A stretch of 64,000 nt of DNA from Paraspadella gotoi (GCA_051294375.1 CM119267.1:11097045-11161044); one strand, 5' to 3'; positions 12,130 to 26,937 are shown, numbered from the stretch's first letter. Notes: generated by a model from the letters alone, not told the origin. Program-made: numbers and translations.

Positions 12130-15003
12130 CCTCTCTCTCCTCTCTTCTCACCCGCTGTTGTAGAACGAAAAGATTAAGTTTGTTCTCTACGATGAAACAT
12201 CATCTTGATCGTATAAAGACTTAGACTCTAAGTTAGAGGCAACGAGACCATTACTTTTTGTCGAAAAGATGTTTTCAAGTTTCCAACCAGCCTTTCGTGC
12301 GTTGTTCGAATACCCTTTTCGGGTTTTCCAAAAGCACATTAATGATTTTCTCTTTTAACAAAAAAATTTAAAAAAAGTTTAAATGGACGGAGACAAGAAT
12401 TTCAGTATTATTCGTTTCAATGAGTCTCTTTCCGCCGCTAGAAAGCTATCGGAGCTTTTAAGTTAATTTTAAACTGTTTGAAGACAAGATCGCGTTACCC
12501 AAGTTAACTTAAATCGTTTTATTTTATTTTTGAAATTTTTTATGTGCTTATGCTTATGTCCAATGCGTAATATGGAGCTTAATGTAATTAAGTTCGGGAT
12601 GAACGACCAAACCAAGAAGAGAAGAAGGACCAGCCACAGTAAAATTGGAAGGAAAATGATACGAAAATATTGAAATAAAGATAAGTAGCGGATAAAAAAT
12701 CTGGCAGGACGAAAAACGGGCAAGTGAAGAAGAAGCGAGAAAAAAGCGGGCAAAGGAAAGAGTCGAGGGGGGGGGGGAAAGACGGTGAAAATTCAATCGG
12801 TTTTTTGAAGTCGTTCATCAATAAATGAATTAACCTCTTTCGTGTCGAAAAGTCGATACATTGACTACGTTCAACTTTATTTTGTTTTATCATTATATCT
12901 AATTATTTATATATTTAATTATTTTCATTATTATTTTATTATCTTATTTATCTTAAAATGGCGAGAACTGAACGAACATATTTTTGGACTGAATTTGTCT
13001 ATGAAACTTTTTGACAGGAACTTATCGCTAACGGGTATAAGGGGGATCCTTGAAGATCGTAGCCTTTTAAGTAGTAAGTTTTCCCTCCCTCTCAAACCGT
13101 GGGGGCGGGAGAATGACGAACCTTTTCGCCTTTAACTCCCCCCCCCTTGATCTTGGGTGTTCCGAATCTTTCGTCCGTCGGGGAAAATAACGAAAAACGA
13201 AACCGTAACAACATTTCAAGAATTCGACGGATTTCGTTCGCCTCGTGGGGCGACTCGGATTTCGACCCTTCCGACTTTAAAACAAAAAGCCCGGATTTAA
13301 TCCGATTAACCTTCGCCCTCGAGATTAATTAAAAACGAAATTAAACAGATTGATTGTTGAGTGTTTTATTTAAAAGAGCGAGATAAATTTTGACTATTTT
13401 TTTTTGGTGCAGCTTCAATTTTTTTTCCAGTAAAAAAAAAAAAGAATTTGCTCCACTAAATACGCAGGAACCAAGGATTATCTCATTTAACTTTTTCTAA
13501 AGTTCAAAAGTCTGGAAAATATGTTTTTTTTTTCCTTTTGAAAACCGCGGCTTTTTATAGAAAAAGGATAAATACTAGCGTACTAAGCTTAACGAGATTC
13601 GAAAAGAAGGATCGAGAGTCGGTTATGAAGGATGCGAGATTGAGAGACGCATAATAATTCGTTTTCTTTCTTTCTTTCTTATTTTTTTTTTCATTCTTCT
13701 CTCTTTCTTTATTTCAATTTTTCTTTTTCCTTTTTTATATCTTAATCTTTCCTCCGTCGGTCCATTGACTCTTACTAATCCGGCGAGGATTAAAAAAATA
13801 ATGAGAGTATCTTTTTGTTCGGCCTCAACGAAGTGAAAATTTTTTAATTTCCAGAATAAAAAAGAAATATAAAGACAAGGCCATGAGCTTCACGAAACGG
13901 TTTATTTTGTATATAAATAAAGTACATCAAGTATCCTGTTGTATTTTTGTTTCAATTTTTACCATCTAACCATCAGTAAAGCCGTATGTACCATGAGATA
14001 CAGAACTGCACGTGTTCCTCGCGTGTACCTCGCACGCGCGTTTGCACGCGTTGGCCTCTCTAACCCACAGATGAGAATTATTGTTTTTTTTCGTCGATTC
14101 GAGCTTCAGTCAATCGTGAGTTTTTTTCCCCTTTGGTCATCAATCATAGTTGTCACGGTTGTCGTCGTCGTCGTCGTTTCGGTCTAATCAACGGCCTCGT
14201 CGTCATCGTCTCCATCTCTGTCGTGGTCTTTGTGGTCGCTGACTACGTCGTCGTCGTCTCCGTGGACGTCCGTATGAACGAACGTACGCGGGAAACGGTT
14301 GGACTCATGTACGAGTTGTACGACTCTTTACAATCGAAAAAGAGGGAAAAAGGCTACGAAAGGGATTTTTAATATATTGTGAATGAGGTTTTTTTTAATT
14401 CGAACTCGGCTTGTAGATTATGTTAAGTAATTTTTAATCCACCCTAATTAAAAAATGTTCGATGTTCACTGCTCAAAATTGATATTATAAAGCATTTCCC
14501 TAAGTTCACTTTTCCAACGTTTTCTTCGTGAGCATTCGGGGTCGTTGAGCCATTAAGGGCATCCCTTGTGAGGGCGGGTCTTCTTTGCCTCTCGCCTTTA
14601 ACCCACGCGTTTAACGACAAACATGATAACCATGTGATTTCAATTTGGTCTTTTTGTCTTTTCGTTTCTCTTTTTTCTTTATTTACGTTTCTCAATTAAT
14701 CCTAAATAAATTTAGAAATTAGAAATAATCCTTTTTTTTTATCCAAATTGAAACACTTTAACATAAACTTTTTTGGACGCCTGTAACATATTGAACTTTT
14801 TTACAAGACTTGCTACATCCCCCGGCAATTACGTCTTCTCCCAGCTTCTCCAACTTTCATCGTTTCCCCCTACATTTCACATCCTCTGCTCAACATCTCA
14901 ACACCCCGAGGCGGAGAGTTTCTTCTGTAACAGAGAGGCGTTGCAACATGTGAATGCGCCCTCTACCTGATTCGAATTAACTCGCTTTTTTTGTGGGTTG
15001 GAG

Positions 15004-15048
<45 letters not shown>

Positions 15049-15173
15049 AAAGTTTTTTTAGCTGTTATAGAAAGATAGATTTTTTTAGGATGTTGAAAAT
15101 TAAATCGACTTATTCAAAAGCGATAGAAAAAAAAATTGTTCAATGCTAAAATTTGCTAGGTGTAAATAAATTA

Positions 15174-15225
<52 letters not shown>

Positions 15226-15237
15226 TCTTCTCTCTGA

Positions 15238-15269
<32 letters not shown>

Positions 15270-16519
15270 CTTCTCTCACACATCCAACCCTCATGCTCTA
15301 CACCCTTCACTCAGTTTGTCCAACCCCCCACCCTCCTTATTTGATAACTTCTTCTCTTTCGTTCCTTACCTCTGTTTGAACTTTGAAAAGTAAACGCCCG
15401 ACGATGAAGTAAACAATCGGGGAAAANNNNNNNNNNNNNNNNNNNNNNNNNACAAGGAGAGAGGATCTTTGTTCCAATTTTAAAGTGAACTTGGACTCGT
15501 CAACGGTTCCCGATCGCTTTTAAGGGGGGGAGAAAGAGGTGGACGATAGAGAGAGAAAAAATTAAGGATCCTCTGGGGGTGGGGGGTGGTAAGGGGGGGG
15601 GATTTAGAGACGGGGTGGGTAACTCCCAACTCGAAAGCCATTAAAATCGAGAGAAAAGAAAAAAAACAAAACAAAAAAACCCTCGGTCCCTTCGAGACGG
15701 CGTCCTTTGAAGAATGACGGTTGAGACGACAGGTAAACAAACAAAATTTGACGGTCGCCAATCGACGAGTCATTCCTCGGTTGTTTTCCTTTCGAATTTT
15801 CAACGTGAATCGGTTTTCGGCGGCGGCTTGGGGTCGAGAGGCCTTTTTCGTTTCAAGATACAGCGTCGCTCTAGGCGACACTGCAGCCTTTGCGTCGAAA
15901 TCATTTCGCGAGTGCCAGTGTCCGTTCCTAATGACAGTGGGAGTTTAGAGCTTCTTAAATATTAGTTTAAAAATCTGCGAAATAACCTTCCTCGAAATGA
16001 ATATGGAATATTCAAAAAAAAAAAAAAAACAGGACTTAACGGTGGACTCGCACAGCCCGATCGCCACGGAAATCGTATTTCTCGTTCAGACATTTTGGAC
16101 GATAGAGAGAGAAAAGAGAAGAGAGAGAGTAGAGAGAAGAGAGAGAAGAGTGAGAGAAGATAGAGAGAGAGAGAGAGGAAGAGAGAGAGAGAGAGAGAGA
16201 GAGCAGAGAGAGAGAGAGAGTGAGAGAGAGAGAGAGAGAGAGAAGAGAGTAGAGAGAGAGAGAGAGAGAGAGAGAAGAGAGAGAGAGCGAGCGGTAGGGA
16301 AAAATTATTAAAAATATCTCACACAAAGAAAGAAGAACATTCACCACGGAGGAGGCAAAAAATTTGCACAGAAAAGTCGTCATAAAAAATATTTTTGGCT
16401 GGAATTGAATTATTTTTTTTCTGTTTCGATTGTCTTTGGGCGAAAACGATTACATTTCTTTCAATGTATGACTTTTTTACTATTTGCTCTCTCTCTCTCT
16501 CTCTCTCTCATCTCTCTCT

Positions 16520-16567
<48 letters not shown>

Positions 16568-19329
16568 TCTCTCTCTCTCTCTTTTCTCACCACGCTAGTT
16601 TGTTAGAACGAAAGATTAAGTTTTGTTCTCTACGAATGAAACAAGTCAGCTAGATCGATATAAAAAGACCTTAGAACTCTAAGTTAGAGGCAACGAGACC
16701 ATGTACTTTTTGTCGAAAAAGATGTTTTCAAGTTTCCAACCAGAGCCTTTCCGTGCGTTGTTACAAACCCTTTTCCGGGTTTTTCCCAAAAGCACATTAA
16801 TGATTTTCTTTCTCTTATTTAAGCAAAAAAATTTAAAAAAAAAAAGTTAAATGGAGGCGGAGACAAGAATTCAGTATTATTCGTTTCAATGAGTCTCTTA
16901 TCCGCCGCTAGAAAGCTATCGGACTTTTTAAGTAATTTAACTTTTGGTTTGAAAGACAAGATCGCGTTACCCAAGATATAACTTAATCGTTTATTTTATT
17001 TTTTGAAATTTTTTATGTGCTTATGCTTATAGTCGCAAATGCGTATATGGAGCCTTAAATGTAATTAAGTTCGGGATGAAGACCAAACCAAGAAGAGAAG
17101 AAGGACCAACCAGAGTAAATTGGAAGGAAAATGAATACGAAATATTGAAATAAAGATAAGTAGCGGATAAAAAATCTGGCAGGACGAAAAAACGGGCAAG
17201 TGAAGAAGAAGCGAGAAAAAAGCAGGCAAAGGAAAGAGTCGAGGGGGGGGGGAAAGACGGTGAAAAATTCAATCGGTTTTTGAAAGTCGTTCATTACAAT
17301 AAAATGAATTAACCTCTTTTCGATACATTTGACTACGTTCAACTTTATTTTGTTTTAAGTAGTAAGTTTTCCCTCATCATCAAACCGTGGGGCGGAGAGG
17401 ATGACGAAACCTTTCCGCTTTAACTCCCCCACTTGAATCTTGGTGTTATCCGAATACGTTTCGTCCGTCGGGGAACATAACGAAAACGAAACCGTAGACA
17501 ACATTTCAAGCAATTGACGGATCTCGTTCGCATCGTGGGCGACTCGGATTTCGACTTCCGACCTTTGAAAAAAAAAAGCCCGGATTTAATCCGATTTAAC
17601 CTTCGCTCTCGAGATTAAATTAAAAACGAAATTAAACAGATTGATTGTGAGTGTTTTATTTAAAAGAGCGAGATTAAATTTTTGAACTATTTTTTTTTGG
17701 TGGGCAGCTTCAATTGTTTTTTCCATTTAAAAAAAAAAAAAGAATTGCATCCACTAAATACGCAAGGAACCAAGGATTAGTCTCATTTAACTTTTTCCTA
17801 AAGTTCAAAAAGTTCTGGAAAATAATGTTTTTTTTTTCCTTTTGAAAAACCGCGGGCTTTTTATAGAAAAAGGGATAAATACTAGCGTACTAAGCTTAAA
17901 CGGAGATTCGAAAAGAAGGGATCGAGAGTCGGTTATGAAGGATTGCGAGATTGAGAGACGCATAATATTCATTTTTTCTTTCTTTTCTTCTTTATTTTTT
18001 TTTTCATTCTTCTCTCTTTCTTTATTTCAATTTTTCTTTTTCAATTTTTTAATATCTTAATCTTTCTCCGTCGGTCCATTGACGTCTTAACTTATACCGG
18101 CGAGGATTTAAAAAAATAATGAGAGTATCCTTTTGTTTTCGGCCCTCAACAGAAGTGAAATTATTTTTAATTTCCAGAATAAAAAAGAAATATAAAGACA
18201 AGGCCATGAGCTTCACGAAACGGTTTAATTTTGTATATTAATAAATAAAGTACATCCAAATTTAATCCCTTGTTGTATTTTGTTTCAATTTTTACCATCT
18301 AAACCAATCATAAAGCGTACATGTAACCATGAGAGATACAGAACTGCACGGTGTTCCTCGCGTGTACCTCGCACCGCGTTTGCAACGCGTTGGCCTCTCT
18401 AACCCACAGAATAGAGAATTATTGTTTTTTTTTTCGTCGTTCGAGCTTCAGTCAATCGTGAGTTTTTTTTCCCCTTTGTCCATCAATCATAGTTTCACGG
18501 TTGTCGTCGTCGTCGTCGTTTCGGTCCTAATCAACGGCTCGTCGACATCGTCTCCATCTCTGTCGTGGTCTTTGTGGTCCGCTGACTACGGTCGGTCGTC
18601 GTCTGCCGTGGACGTCCCGTATGAAACGAACGGACGCGGGGAAACGGTTGGAATCTCATAGTAACGAGTTGTAACGACTCTTTACAAATCGAAAAAGAGG
18701 GAAAAAAGAGCTACGAAAGGGAATTTTTAATATAATTGTGAATGAGGTTTTTTTTTAATTCGAACTCGGCTGTAGATTATGTTAAGTACATTTTTAATCC
18801 ACCCCTAATTTAAAAAAAATGTTTCGATGTTCACTTCTCAAAATTTGATATTATAAAGCATCCTTGTGAGGCCGGGTCTTCTTTGCCTCTCGCCTTATAA
18901 CCCACGCCGTTTAACGACAAACATGATTACCATGTGATTTCAATTTTTGATATTTTGTCTTTTCGTTTCTTTTTTTTCTTTATTTGCGTTTCTCAATAAT
19001 CTTAAATAACTTTAGAAATTAAAATTAATCCTTTTTTTTCAATCCAAAATTGAACACACTTTAACATATACTTTTTTGGACGACTGTAACATATTGAAAT
19101 TTTTAACAAGACTTGCTAACATCCCCCGGCAATGTACGTCTTCTCCCAGCTTCTCTCCAACTTTCATCGTATTCCCCCTAAACATTTCACATTCCTCTGC
19201 TCAACATCTCAACAACCCCGAGAGCGGAGAGTTCCTTCTGTAAGCAGAGAGGCGTTGCAACATGTGAATGCGCCACTCTACCTGATTCGAATTAACTCGC
19301 TTTTTTTGTGGGTTGGAGCAATACAGAGT

Positions 19330-19361
<32 letters not shown>

Positions 19362-19484
19362 AGAGAGGAGAGAGAGAAGAGCAAAGTTTTTTTAGCTGTC
19401 ATATAAAGAAAGATAGATTTTTTTAGGATGTTGAAATTTGAATTAAATCGACGTTATCACCACAGCCACCTCAAAACGCGATAG

Positions 19485-19552
<68 letters not shown>

Positions 19553-19629
19553 TTTTCAAGCTAAAATTTGCTTAAGTGTAAAAGTAAATTTACTTCTCAT
19601 CTCTCTCTCGTCTCTCTCCTTGCTCATCT

Positions 19630-19662
<33 letters not shown>

Positions 19663-19820
19663 ACTCTCTCTCACACAATCCACCCTCATCTCTTACCCCC
19701 TTCACTCAGTTGCAACCCCCCCCTCCTTATTTGATACTTTCTTCTCTATTCGTTCCTTACTCTGTTTGGGAAACTTTGACAAAGTAAACCGCCCGACGAT
19801 GAAAGTAAACAATCGGGGAA
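11172..19820. repeat. Tandem duplication of about 4.3 kb across an N-gap (11172-15426 vs 15466-19820), probably uncollapsed haplotypes or a noisy gap fill
   Basis: Collinear throughout. Both copies start TCTTTGTTCCAATTT and end AAACAATCGGGGAA. Copy 2 has many 1-nt indels and three clean deletions. Confidence 0.9.
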
Positions 19821-21688
19821 GATCTTTCCAGTACGTTTTAAATTGATTCGCATCTCTCTCTCTCTCTCTCTCTCTCCGTCTCTCTCTCTCTCTCTCTCTC
19901 ATCGTCACATCATCGCCCTCCTCCGCATTCGTGTCGTACCAAAGCGACGCCATTGTAATCTATAATCCGTCAGTCCGTGCGATTTCCCGTCGGGGGGGAG
20001 GGAGAAAGGGAGGAGGAGTGAGAAGAAGGGGGGAGGAGAGGAGGAGTGGGAGAAGGGGGAGATGAAGAGAGAGGAAAACAAGGACACGGGATTCGATGAG
20101 GGGCGTCGAGTCAGGGTTGAGAATACAGTAATCTCCGCTGGCCCAACGATATGTCCCTTTATGTAAAGTCGTGATTCGACTTTCGATATGATTAAACGTT
20201 TGCCATGGATGAACAGCGCACTGACGAATGCGGCAAAACGATGACTGACGTATGTTTTAATTCATTCATGCACCGATGTTATAAAAAACCGCAATTCGAA
20301 GATCTGACTAACTTAACTAGGACTACAATGCATTCGAAAACGCATTAAGGGATTCATGTATCTCAGTGCCAGGTAATTGATTGGTAAAAAAAAATTACAT
20401 AAGAGTGAGGAGGAACTCCAGGAGGAAAAGTCGGCTTCTGCGGTTCATGTTTGAAAAAAAAATATTGATATTTGAAAATAAAAGAGGACAATATATTGTA
20501 ATTGTTAGCATCAACGTTAATATCAATCAAAGAAATTTAGATTTAATGTCCTGAGAATAGTTATAAGAGAGATTAAGCAATCTATAGGAATTACTGGATC
20601 TGGAACGTTTCGACCATCCTTCGGTGATCTGTTCTGATTCTACGTATCTAATGTCACTACTCTATTTATAATTATACCGTATATTTTAAAAATTAACAAG
20701 AACTAACGCGGGAAAAACGACTGGTCGATAAATTGCTCTGCGATCCAGACGATTTTCAAAGTGATCCCATGAATTCTACGTCGGCCCGCCACAACGCCCA
20801 TCTCGGCCTCAAAACTTCGTCACCCCTCGGGGCGCTCGACATTCTCGTCACAAGGATCGATGACCGTCACTGTTAGGGTATGAGAGGAGAGGAGAGGAGA
20901 GGAGGAGGAGGCGGTGGGGTGAAGTGTACCCGTGCGTGAGAGAATTTAAGGTGTGCAAAGTCGGGGAGTGCATCTTTAGAACGGACAGGAATGCGTTCCT
21001 TGCCGACGTTTTGTTGGGCAGTGTGGTGGCGTAGTGGGCGCCGTTGACGTTCTCGGTGGAAAAGAGGGCGGTGCCTTCATTGGAATCTCGTCGCGGCGTC
21101 GATCCCGTCGAAGCGGAAGAGAAAATGAGAAGCGAGGATAAGATCGTTGTCATGGGGGGGGGGGCGTCGTTGGGTTCTTTATTCATTTTATTTTTTGCGG
21201 CGCAGAAAAAACCGATTAACTTAGATAAACTTTCGCGATTTATCCATTGGCTGTAAAATAGGGAGAGAAGAGAGAGCAGAGAGAGCTTTTAGATCATTTT
21301 GGAGTAGAGAGAGAGGGAGAGAAGAGAGGAGAGAAGGAGAGAGAGTGAAGAGAGAGTAAGAGAATAAAAATACATCCATTCCAGAGATTTTTTTTTCCAG
21401 TTTTTTTTTCTTTGAATTGCGCATTTTTGATTCAAAAAAACAACAATATTTCAATCCCTTTGTTACTTAATACTTAAAGCCTGGGAGATGAGAAGCACTC
21501 AAATAACAATTGTCTAAAGCTTTATAAAATTTGTTATTATGCAAGCTCTTTCTGTAAAAAAAAATTCTGGTTCTTTCATAATAAAATCGCCAGCTCAGCC
21601 GCCGCCTCCGCCGCCTCCCGCTTACGGCTGAGTTAAGACTGAGCTAAGAATCTGGCCGTCCATTTTTTAATCAATCAAACTCTCTCCC

Positions 21689-21729
<41 letters not shown>

Positions 21730-22255
21730 CCGGTCGACTCGCCATCTCTCGCCACCACGAGCAGTCACGCGTCACCCACCGACGCCCCCCTACCCCCCCC
21801 TCAAACCACCGCAGCCCGACGAGCGGCGATCGGTTCCCAAGGGTGGTGCCTCCGACATATGGGTCGCATCCGACTTACAGTAAACAATCCACGCATCCCG
21901 TTACGTCGAAGAAGGCGGAAAGAGGGGGGGTTGGAGGTGGTTGGGCTGAAGGGTGGTTCGGGGTGGGCGACCTTGGCCTTCTTTTTTCATGTTTCCCCGC
22001 AGCCTTGGGCGTCTGTACCCTCTTTTTACTGGAAAGGGAGAGTCTCCGCCGCGGGGCGAGTTTTTGGCTGCGGCGTCGGGCGCGGCGGCGGGCGGTTGAC
22101 CGCAGCTTTCTGCTGCCGCTGCAGCCGCTTCGGGACGAATCGGATTGTAGGATGGAGAGAACGGTAGGGTGGAGGGGGGAAGTCGAGAAAGAGGGAGGAG
22201 AGGGAGAGGAGGAGGAGGAAGAGGAGAGGGAGAGAAGAGGAGGAAGAGGAGAGGG

Positions 22256-22905
22256 TCGTCTTTTGCCCTCTTTCACTTAGTTCGTCCTAAAAAAAATCAC
22301 TCTGCTTAAGATATATAAAAAAAGGAAAAGAAACCAATTAATTGGACTTTATAAAGCGCCAAGTGATCCGCTAAACGGATTTAGAGAAATTTGCTTTCGT
22401 GAAAAAACCGATCATCTTGAAAGTGTTGACTCGACGTTCGATGGACAATGTTGATCGACCGAAGATGAGTCAGTGAGAGTCGGGGGGGGTAGAGGCGGTG
22501 AGAGAGTTCCTTGAGACATAACCTAAAATTAGTCTGTTTGTTGTGATACCCTAAGATGTTGAGCCAAACGCTCGAAGACTGAGATGGCGACCATGACCTT
22601 CAAACGCATTCGCCGACATAAACAACTCCCAGATTTTTCTCCTTATTTAAAATTNNNNNNNNNNNNNNNNNNNNNNNNNCCGACTCTCACTGACTCATTT
22701 CGGTCGGATCAACATTGTCCCATCGAACGTCGAGTCAACACTTTCAGATTGATCGGGTTTTTTCACGAAAGCAAATTTTTCTCTAATCCGTTTTAGCGGA
22801 TCACTTGGCGCTTTATAAAGCCAATTATTGGTTCTTTTCCTTTTTTTTTTTCTTAAGGCGCAGTTGATTTTTTTTAGGACGAACTAAGTGAAAGAGCAAA
22901 GACCA
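22256..22905. repeat. Inverted repeat of about 225 bp (22256-22484 vs 22680-22905) flanking a short gap
   Basis: CTTTATAAAGCGCCAAGTGATCCGCTAAA is mirrored by TTTAGCGGATCACTTGGCGCTTTATAAAG, and GAGTCAGTGAGAGTCGG by CCGACTCTCACTGACTC. Differences are mainly 1-nt indels. Confidence 0.85.
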
Positions 22906-24479
22906 CCGAAAAAAAGTAAATTTAAACTTAGTCGTTAATTTATTGCGCACTTTTAGATATATCTCCTTGACAACCGAACCCAACTTGTTTACTACCATTA
23001 AGATTTTGTCGTCCGATTCCATGGCAACGCATGTTACCATAGCTTCTCCATCATAAAGCGAGGACATTAAGAGAAACGTAACGAGTATTTGGGGAACGGT
23101 TTAATTATTACAAATCGTCAAACAAGAGCCATCACAAAGAGGCACGTTCCTCGTTATTTCGATAAAATGAGCCAGAGNNNNNNNNNNNNNNNNNNNNNNN
23201 NNNNNNNNNNNNNNNNNNNNNNNNNNNNNNNNNNNNNNNNNNNNNNNNNNNNNNNNNNNNNNNNNNNNNNNNNNNNNNNNNNNNNNNNNNNNNNNNNNNN
23301 NNNNNNNNNNNNNNNNNNNNNNNNNNNNNNNNNNNNNNNNNNNNNNNNNNNNNNNNNNNNNNNNNNATGAAGAAAGACAAAGTGAAAGAGGGATGGGGAA
23401 AGCGGATCTATTTTTCTAAAAATAGCATCCATCCTAATGATGAGCCCATTTTTTATTCGCGCAAGCGTCGGGGGATGCCCCGCAACAATTTCTAGGCGAG
23501 ATCTCCTGGTGTCTCTGCGTTATGTGTCAGAATGCACGTCTTTAAGACAGAATGTTCATTTTTTGTGTCAGAATATACGCGGCGTCACGCGACAAANNNN
23601 NNNNNNNNNNNNNNNNNNNNNNNNNNNNNNNNNNNNNNNNNNNNNNNNNNNNNNNNNNNNNNNNNNNNNNNNNNNNNNNNNNNNNNNNNNNNNNNNNNNN
23701 NNNNNNNNNNNNNNNNNNNNNNNNNNNNNNNNNNNNNNNNNNNNNNNNNNNNNNNNNNNNNNNNNNNNNNNNNNNNNNNNNNNNNNNNNNNNNNNNNNNN
23801 NNNNNNNNNNNNNNNNNNNNNNNNNNNNNNNNNNNNNNNNNNNNNNNNNNNNNNNNNNNNNNNNNNNNNNNNNNNNNNNNNNNNNNNNNNNNNNNNNNNN
23901 NNNNNNNNNNNNNNNNNNNNNNNNNNNNNNNNNNNNNNNNNNNNNNNNNNNNNNNNNNNNNNNNNNNNNNNNNNNNNNNNNNNNNNNNNNNNNNNNNNNN
24001 NNNNNNNNNNNNNNNNNNNNNNNNNNNNNNNNNNNNNNNNNNNNNNNNNNNNNNNNNNNNNNNNNNNNNNNNNNNNNNNNNNNNNNNNNNNNNNNNNNNN
24101 NNNNNNNNNNNNNNNNNNNNNNNNNNNNNNNNNNNNNNNNNNNNNNNNNNNNNNNNNNNNNNNNNNNNNNNNNNNNNNNNNNNNNNNNNNNNNNNNNNNN
24201 NNNNNNNNNNNNNNNNNNNNNNNTCCGATATTCAGCGGCGTCATCGTCGCCCCTACGATCGCCGCTAACGCCGCCTCTGCTTTCGCCTCCGCCGCGGTCG
24301 ATGAGACAGTCGGTGTGTCATCAACACACTCCTCGCGCCACCCCTCGCTTCTTTCTCTTTCCTCATTGTCATTCCGCGTATCTCCAGATCTCGTATCCCG
24401 TTGACGACCGATCGGGAAAGAAACGATGTCGGACGAGATTCTCAGCCAATCGGCGTCGACGGGTTCCGTTGCTTTTAAC

Positions 24480-24608
<129 letters not shown>

Positions 24609-26154
24609 GGAAGTCGTAAAACGGAACCAAACCTCGTTTCTCTCTTCTTTTTTTCTCTCTCTCTCTCATCTTTCCGGTGAACGGCGTCGAATGAAGGGAG
24701 TCTCCGTTTTTATGGGGAATTTTATGGTGGAGGAAGTCAGTTTTGGAGACGAGACGAGTTTTCCCAACTTTTTTCTTTCTTCTTTCGAAAAATCGCGTCC
24801 CTTTTGTTTTGTTTGGGACGGAAATACGAGGGGCGTTCAGCGCCTCTGTTGATGCGCGGGGGAAATTTTTATGACGACAATCGGGTTCATTTTTTGTTCG
24901 GAAATTTGGTTGGAAAAGAACTAAATGGGTCGGAAAAAGATGGCGATTGTTTAGAAATGGATTCCCTCGGCTCACGGTTGTCACCTTAGATGTTGTTGTC
25001 GAAAACTGAAAGTCTAAGTGTAACTGAAAGTGCATGTGACTGTATGTGCCTACTGGTACACTGGGCAAGTTAATTTTTAATCTTTATAATCGCAACAAAT
25101 AAGAATCTGCAAGTTTGAATTACATTCAGGGGTTGCGATTATTTTTCGACCACCAAGTGACAACGAAACGAAGTCTCGACGAACTCGAGAAAGGAAGTGA
25201 ATCGAAACCACATCGGAGATTTCGGTGAGTCCATGGGCATTGGGGCGACCTCTGGGGATTCTCTCCTTTCCAGTTAACCGACTTACTTTAAGACTCTCTT
25301 TCACTTTATTCCTTCTTTTCTCCTCCTCCTCCTCCTCCTCCTCCTCTTCCTAAAGTCCCCAATGGAGAATTCGTCTGGCTTCGCTCAACTTTGTCTCACT
25401 TCCTCAACGACCCGGCCATCATTCCTCACCCGCCTTCCCCCGCCTCCTTACCCGCTTTTCCTCCTCCTCCTCCTCCTCCTCTTCCTCCTCCTCCTCTTCC
25501 CTTCTTTCGCTCTATTTTCGTCGTGATTCTCGCTCCAGTGACCCACTAGCATCCGGGGTCCCCAATTCTTCTTCATTCTCCTCGTGTCACTCCGTCCAAA
25601 ATCTCTCATCCTTCATCCGTCTCCTCTTCCTCTCTTCTTCCTCCATTTCTACCCCCCCTAGCCCTCCCCCCCTCCCTAGCAACCAGAACCGCTCTTAACC
25701 CTAGCAACGCGCCATGGCGACGCACGCCATCTCCCGCGAATGCGTGACCCGATCTTCTTCCTCTTCTTTCTCTTCCTCCTCCTCCTCTTTAGCCTCGATG
25801 TCACTTTGGTCTTTCCACTCGAACGTGCAGGAAGAACGTTCCGACCCTGGAAGAGAGGGAGAGAGAGAGAGATAGAGATGGAGAGGATAGAGAAAGAGAA
25901 AGAAAAGAGTTAGAGAGGGGAAGATAGGTAGAGAAGAAAGGAAAAGAGAGGGAGAGTTGAATAGGGAGGAAGCGGACAAATGGACGGAATTTCTAAAAAA
26001 AATAAATAGGGAGCGACAGAAAAAAAAAAATTAAAAAAGAAGGAAAATAGCGACAGAGATAAAACCTAAGAGCAAAAGGAAATAATAGAGTGAAAGACAA
26101 AAAAATGGCAGACAAAATAGAAAAGGTTGAAAGTTAGATAGGGAAAATAAGGGT

Positions 26155-26246
<92 letters not shown>

Positions 26247-26769
26247 ACATGAATCTAAAAAGATGAGAGGCAGACAACGTTTTGTTTTCATTTGAAAAGG
26301 TTTGGGAGACGAAACGGAGCGCGAATTGCTTTTTAATCTACTTCACTTTGACAGAAATGATTTAGTGAGACGGGGCGGGGTCGGACGATGCCCCATAGAG
26401 ACAAAGCCGACGTTTAAGCTTCGAAAGTAGACTAATTTAGAACTTTAGATGGGACCAAATTTCACGGCATGATAATGAAATCTCTAAGTATAATACCGTA
26501 GAAAAATAAGGCGATAAAATCTCTGGAGTATATTACCATAGAGGAATTTGGGGAGGCAAAAACTATCGCGATCAAGAGAATATCCATCTTGAAAAATGAC
26601 GCAAGTCCGTATATAACCCGTTTTACGTATACGAGCTCCTCCTAACCCGGATGTAATCGGATATAAACTTGGCGTCTTAGAGTCTCCTTGGATTTTCTCG
26701 CTTTAACGAAACTTCTGTTGTGGGCGGAGATTCATTTTCTTTATCCGCTTTTGAAAAATGAGAGGAATA

Positions 26770-26831
<62 letters not shown>

Positions 26832-26937
26832 CAGCGTCGCATGTCTATTCACTCTCTTTTTCTTGATTTCGCAACGAGCCGAGTAATTAGCATGAGGCTT
26901 TTTCTGCAACGAAGCTCCCTACTTTGAATCTGGCCCG

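Noticed and set aside
13030-13040. AACGGGTATAA, resembling the Drosophila DINE-1 subterminal repeat, inside the 180-bp indel
   Set aside because: Only an 11-bp match with no partner subTIR or GTCY tract; likely chance.
19484-19549. Poly(A) run of about 66 nt suggesting a retroposon tail
   Set aside because: The equivalent site in the other duplicate copy has only about 9 A, and there is no element body or TSD; probably a homopolymer error or expansion.
20848-21186. 112-aa minus-strand ORF with a short hydrophobic stretch (MTTILSSLLIFSSAST)
   Set aside because: No recognisable domain or convincing gene signals, and the 3' part runs into a GAGGA repeat.
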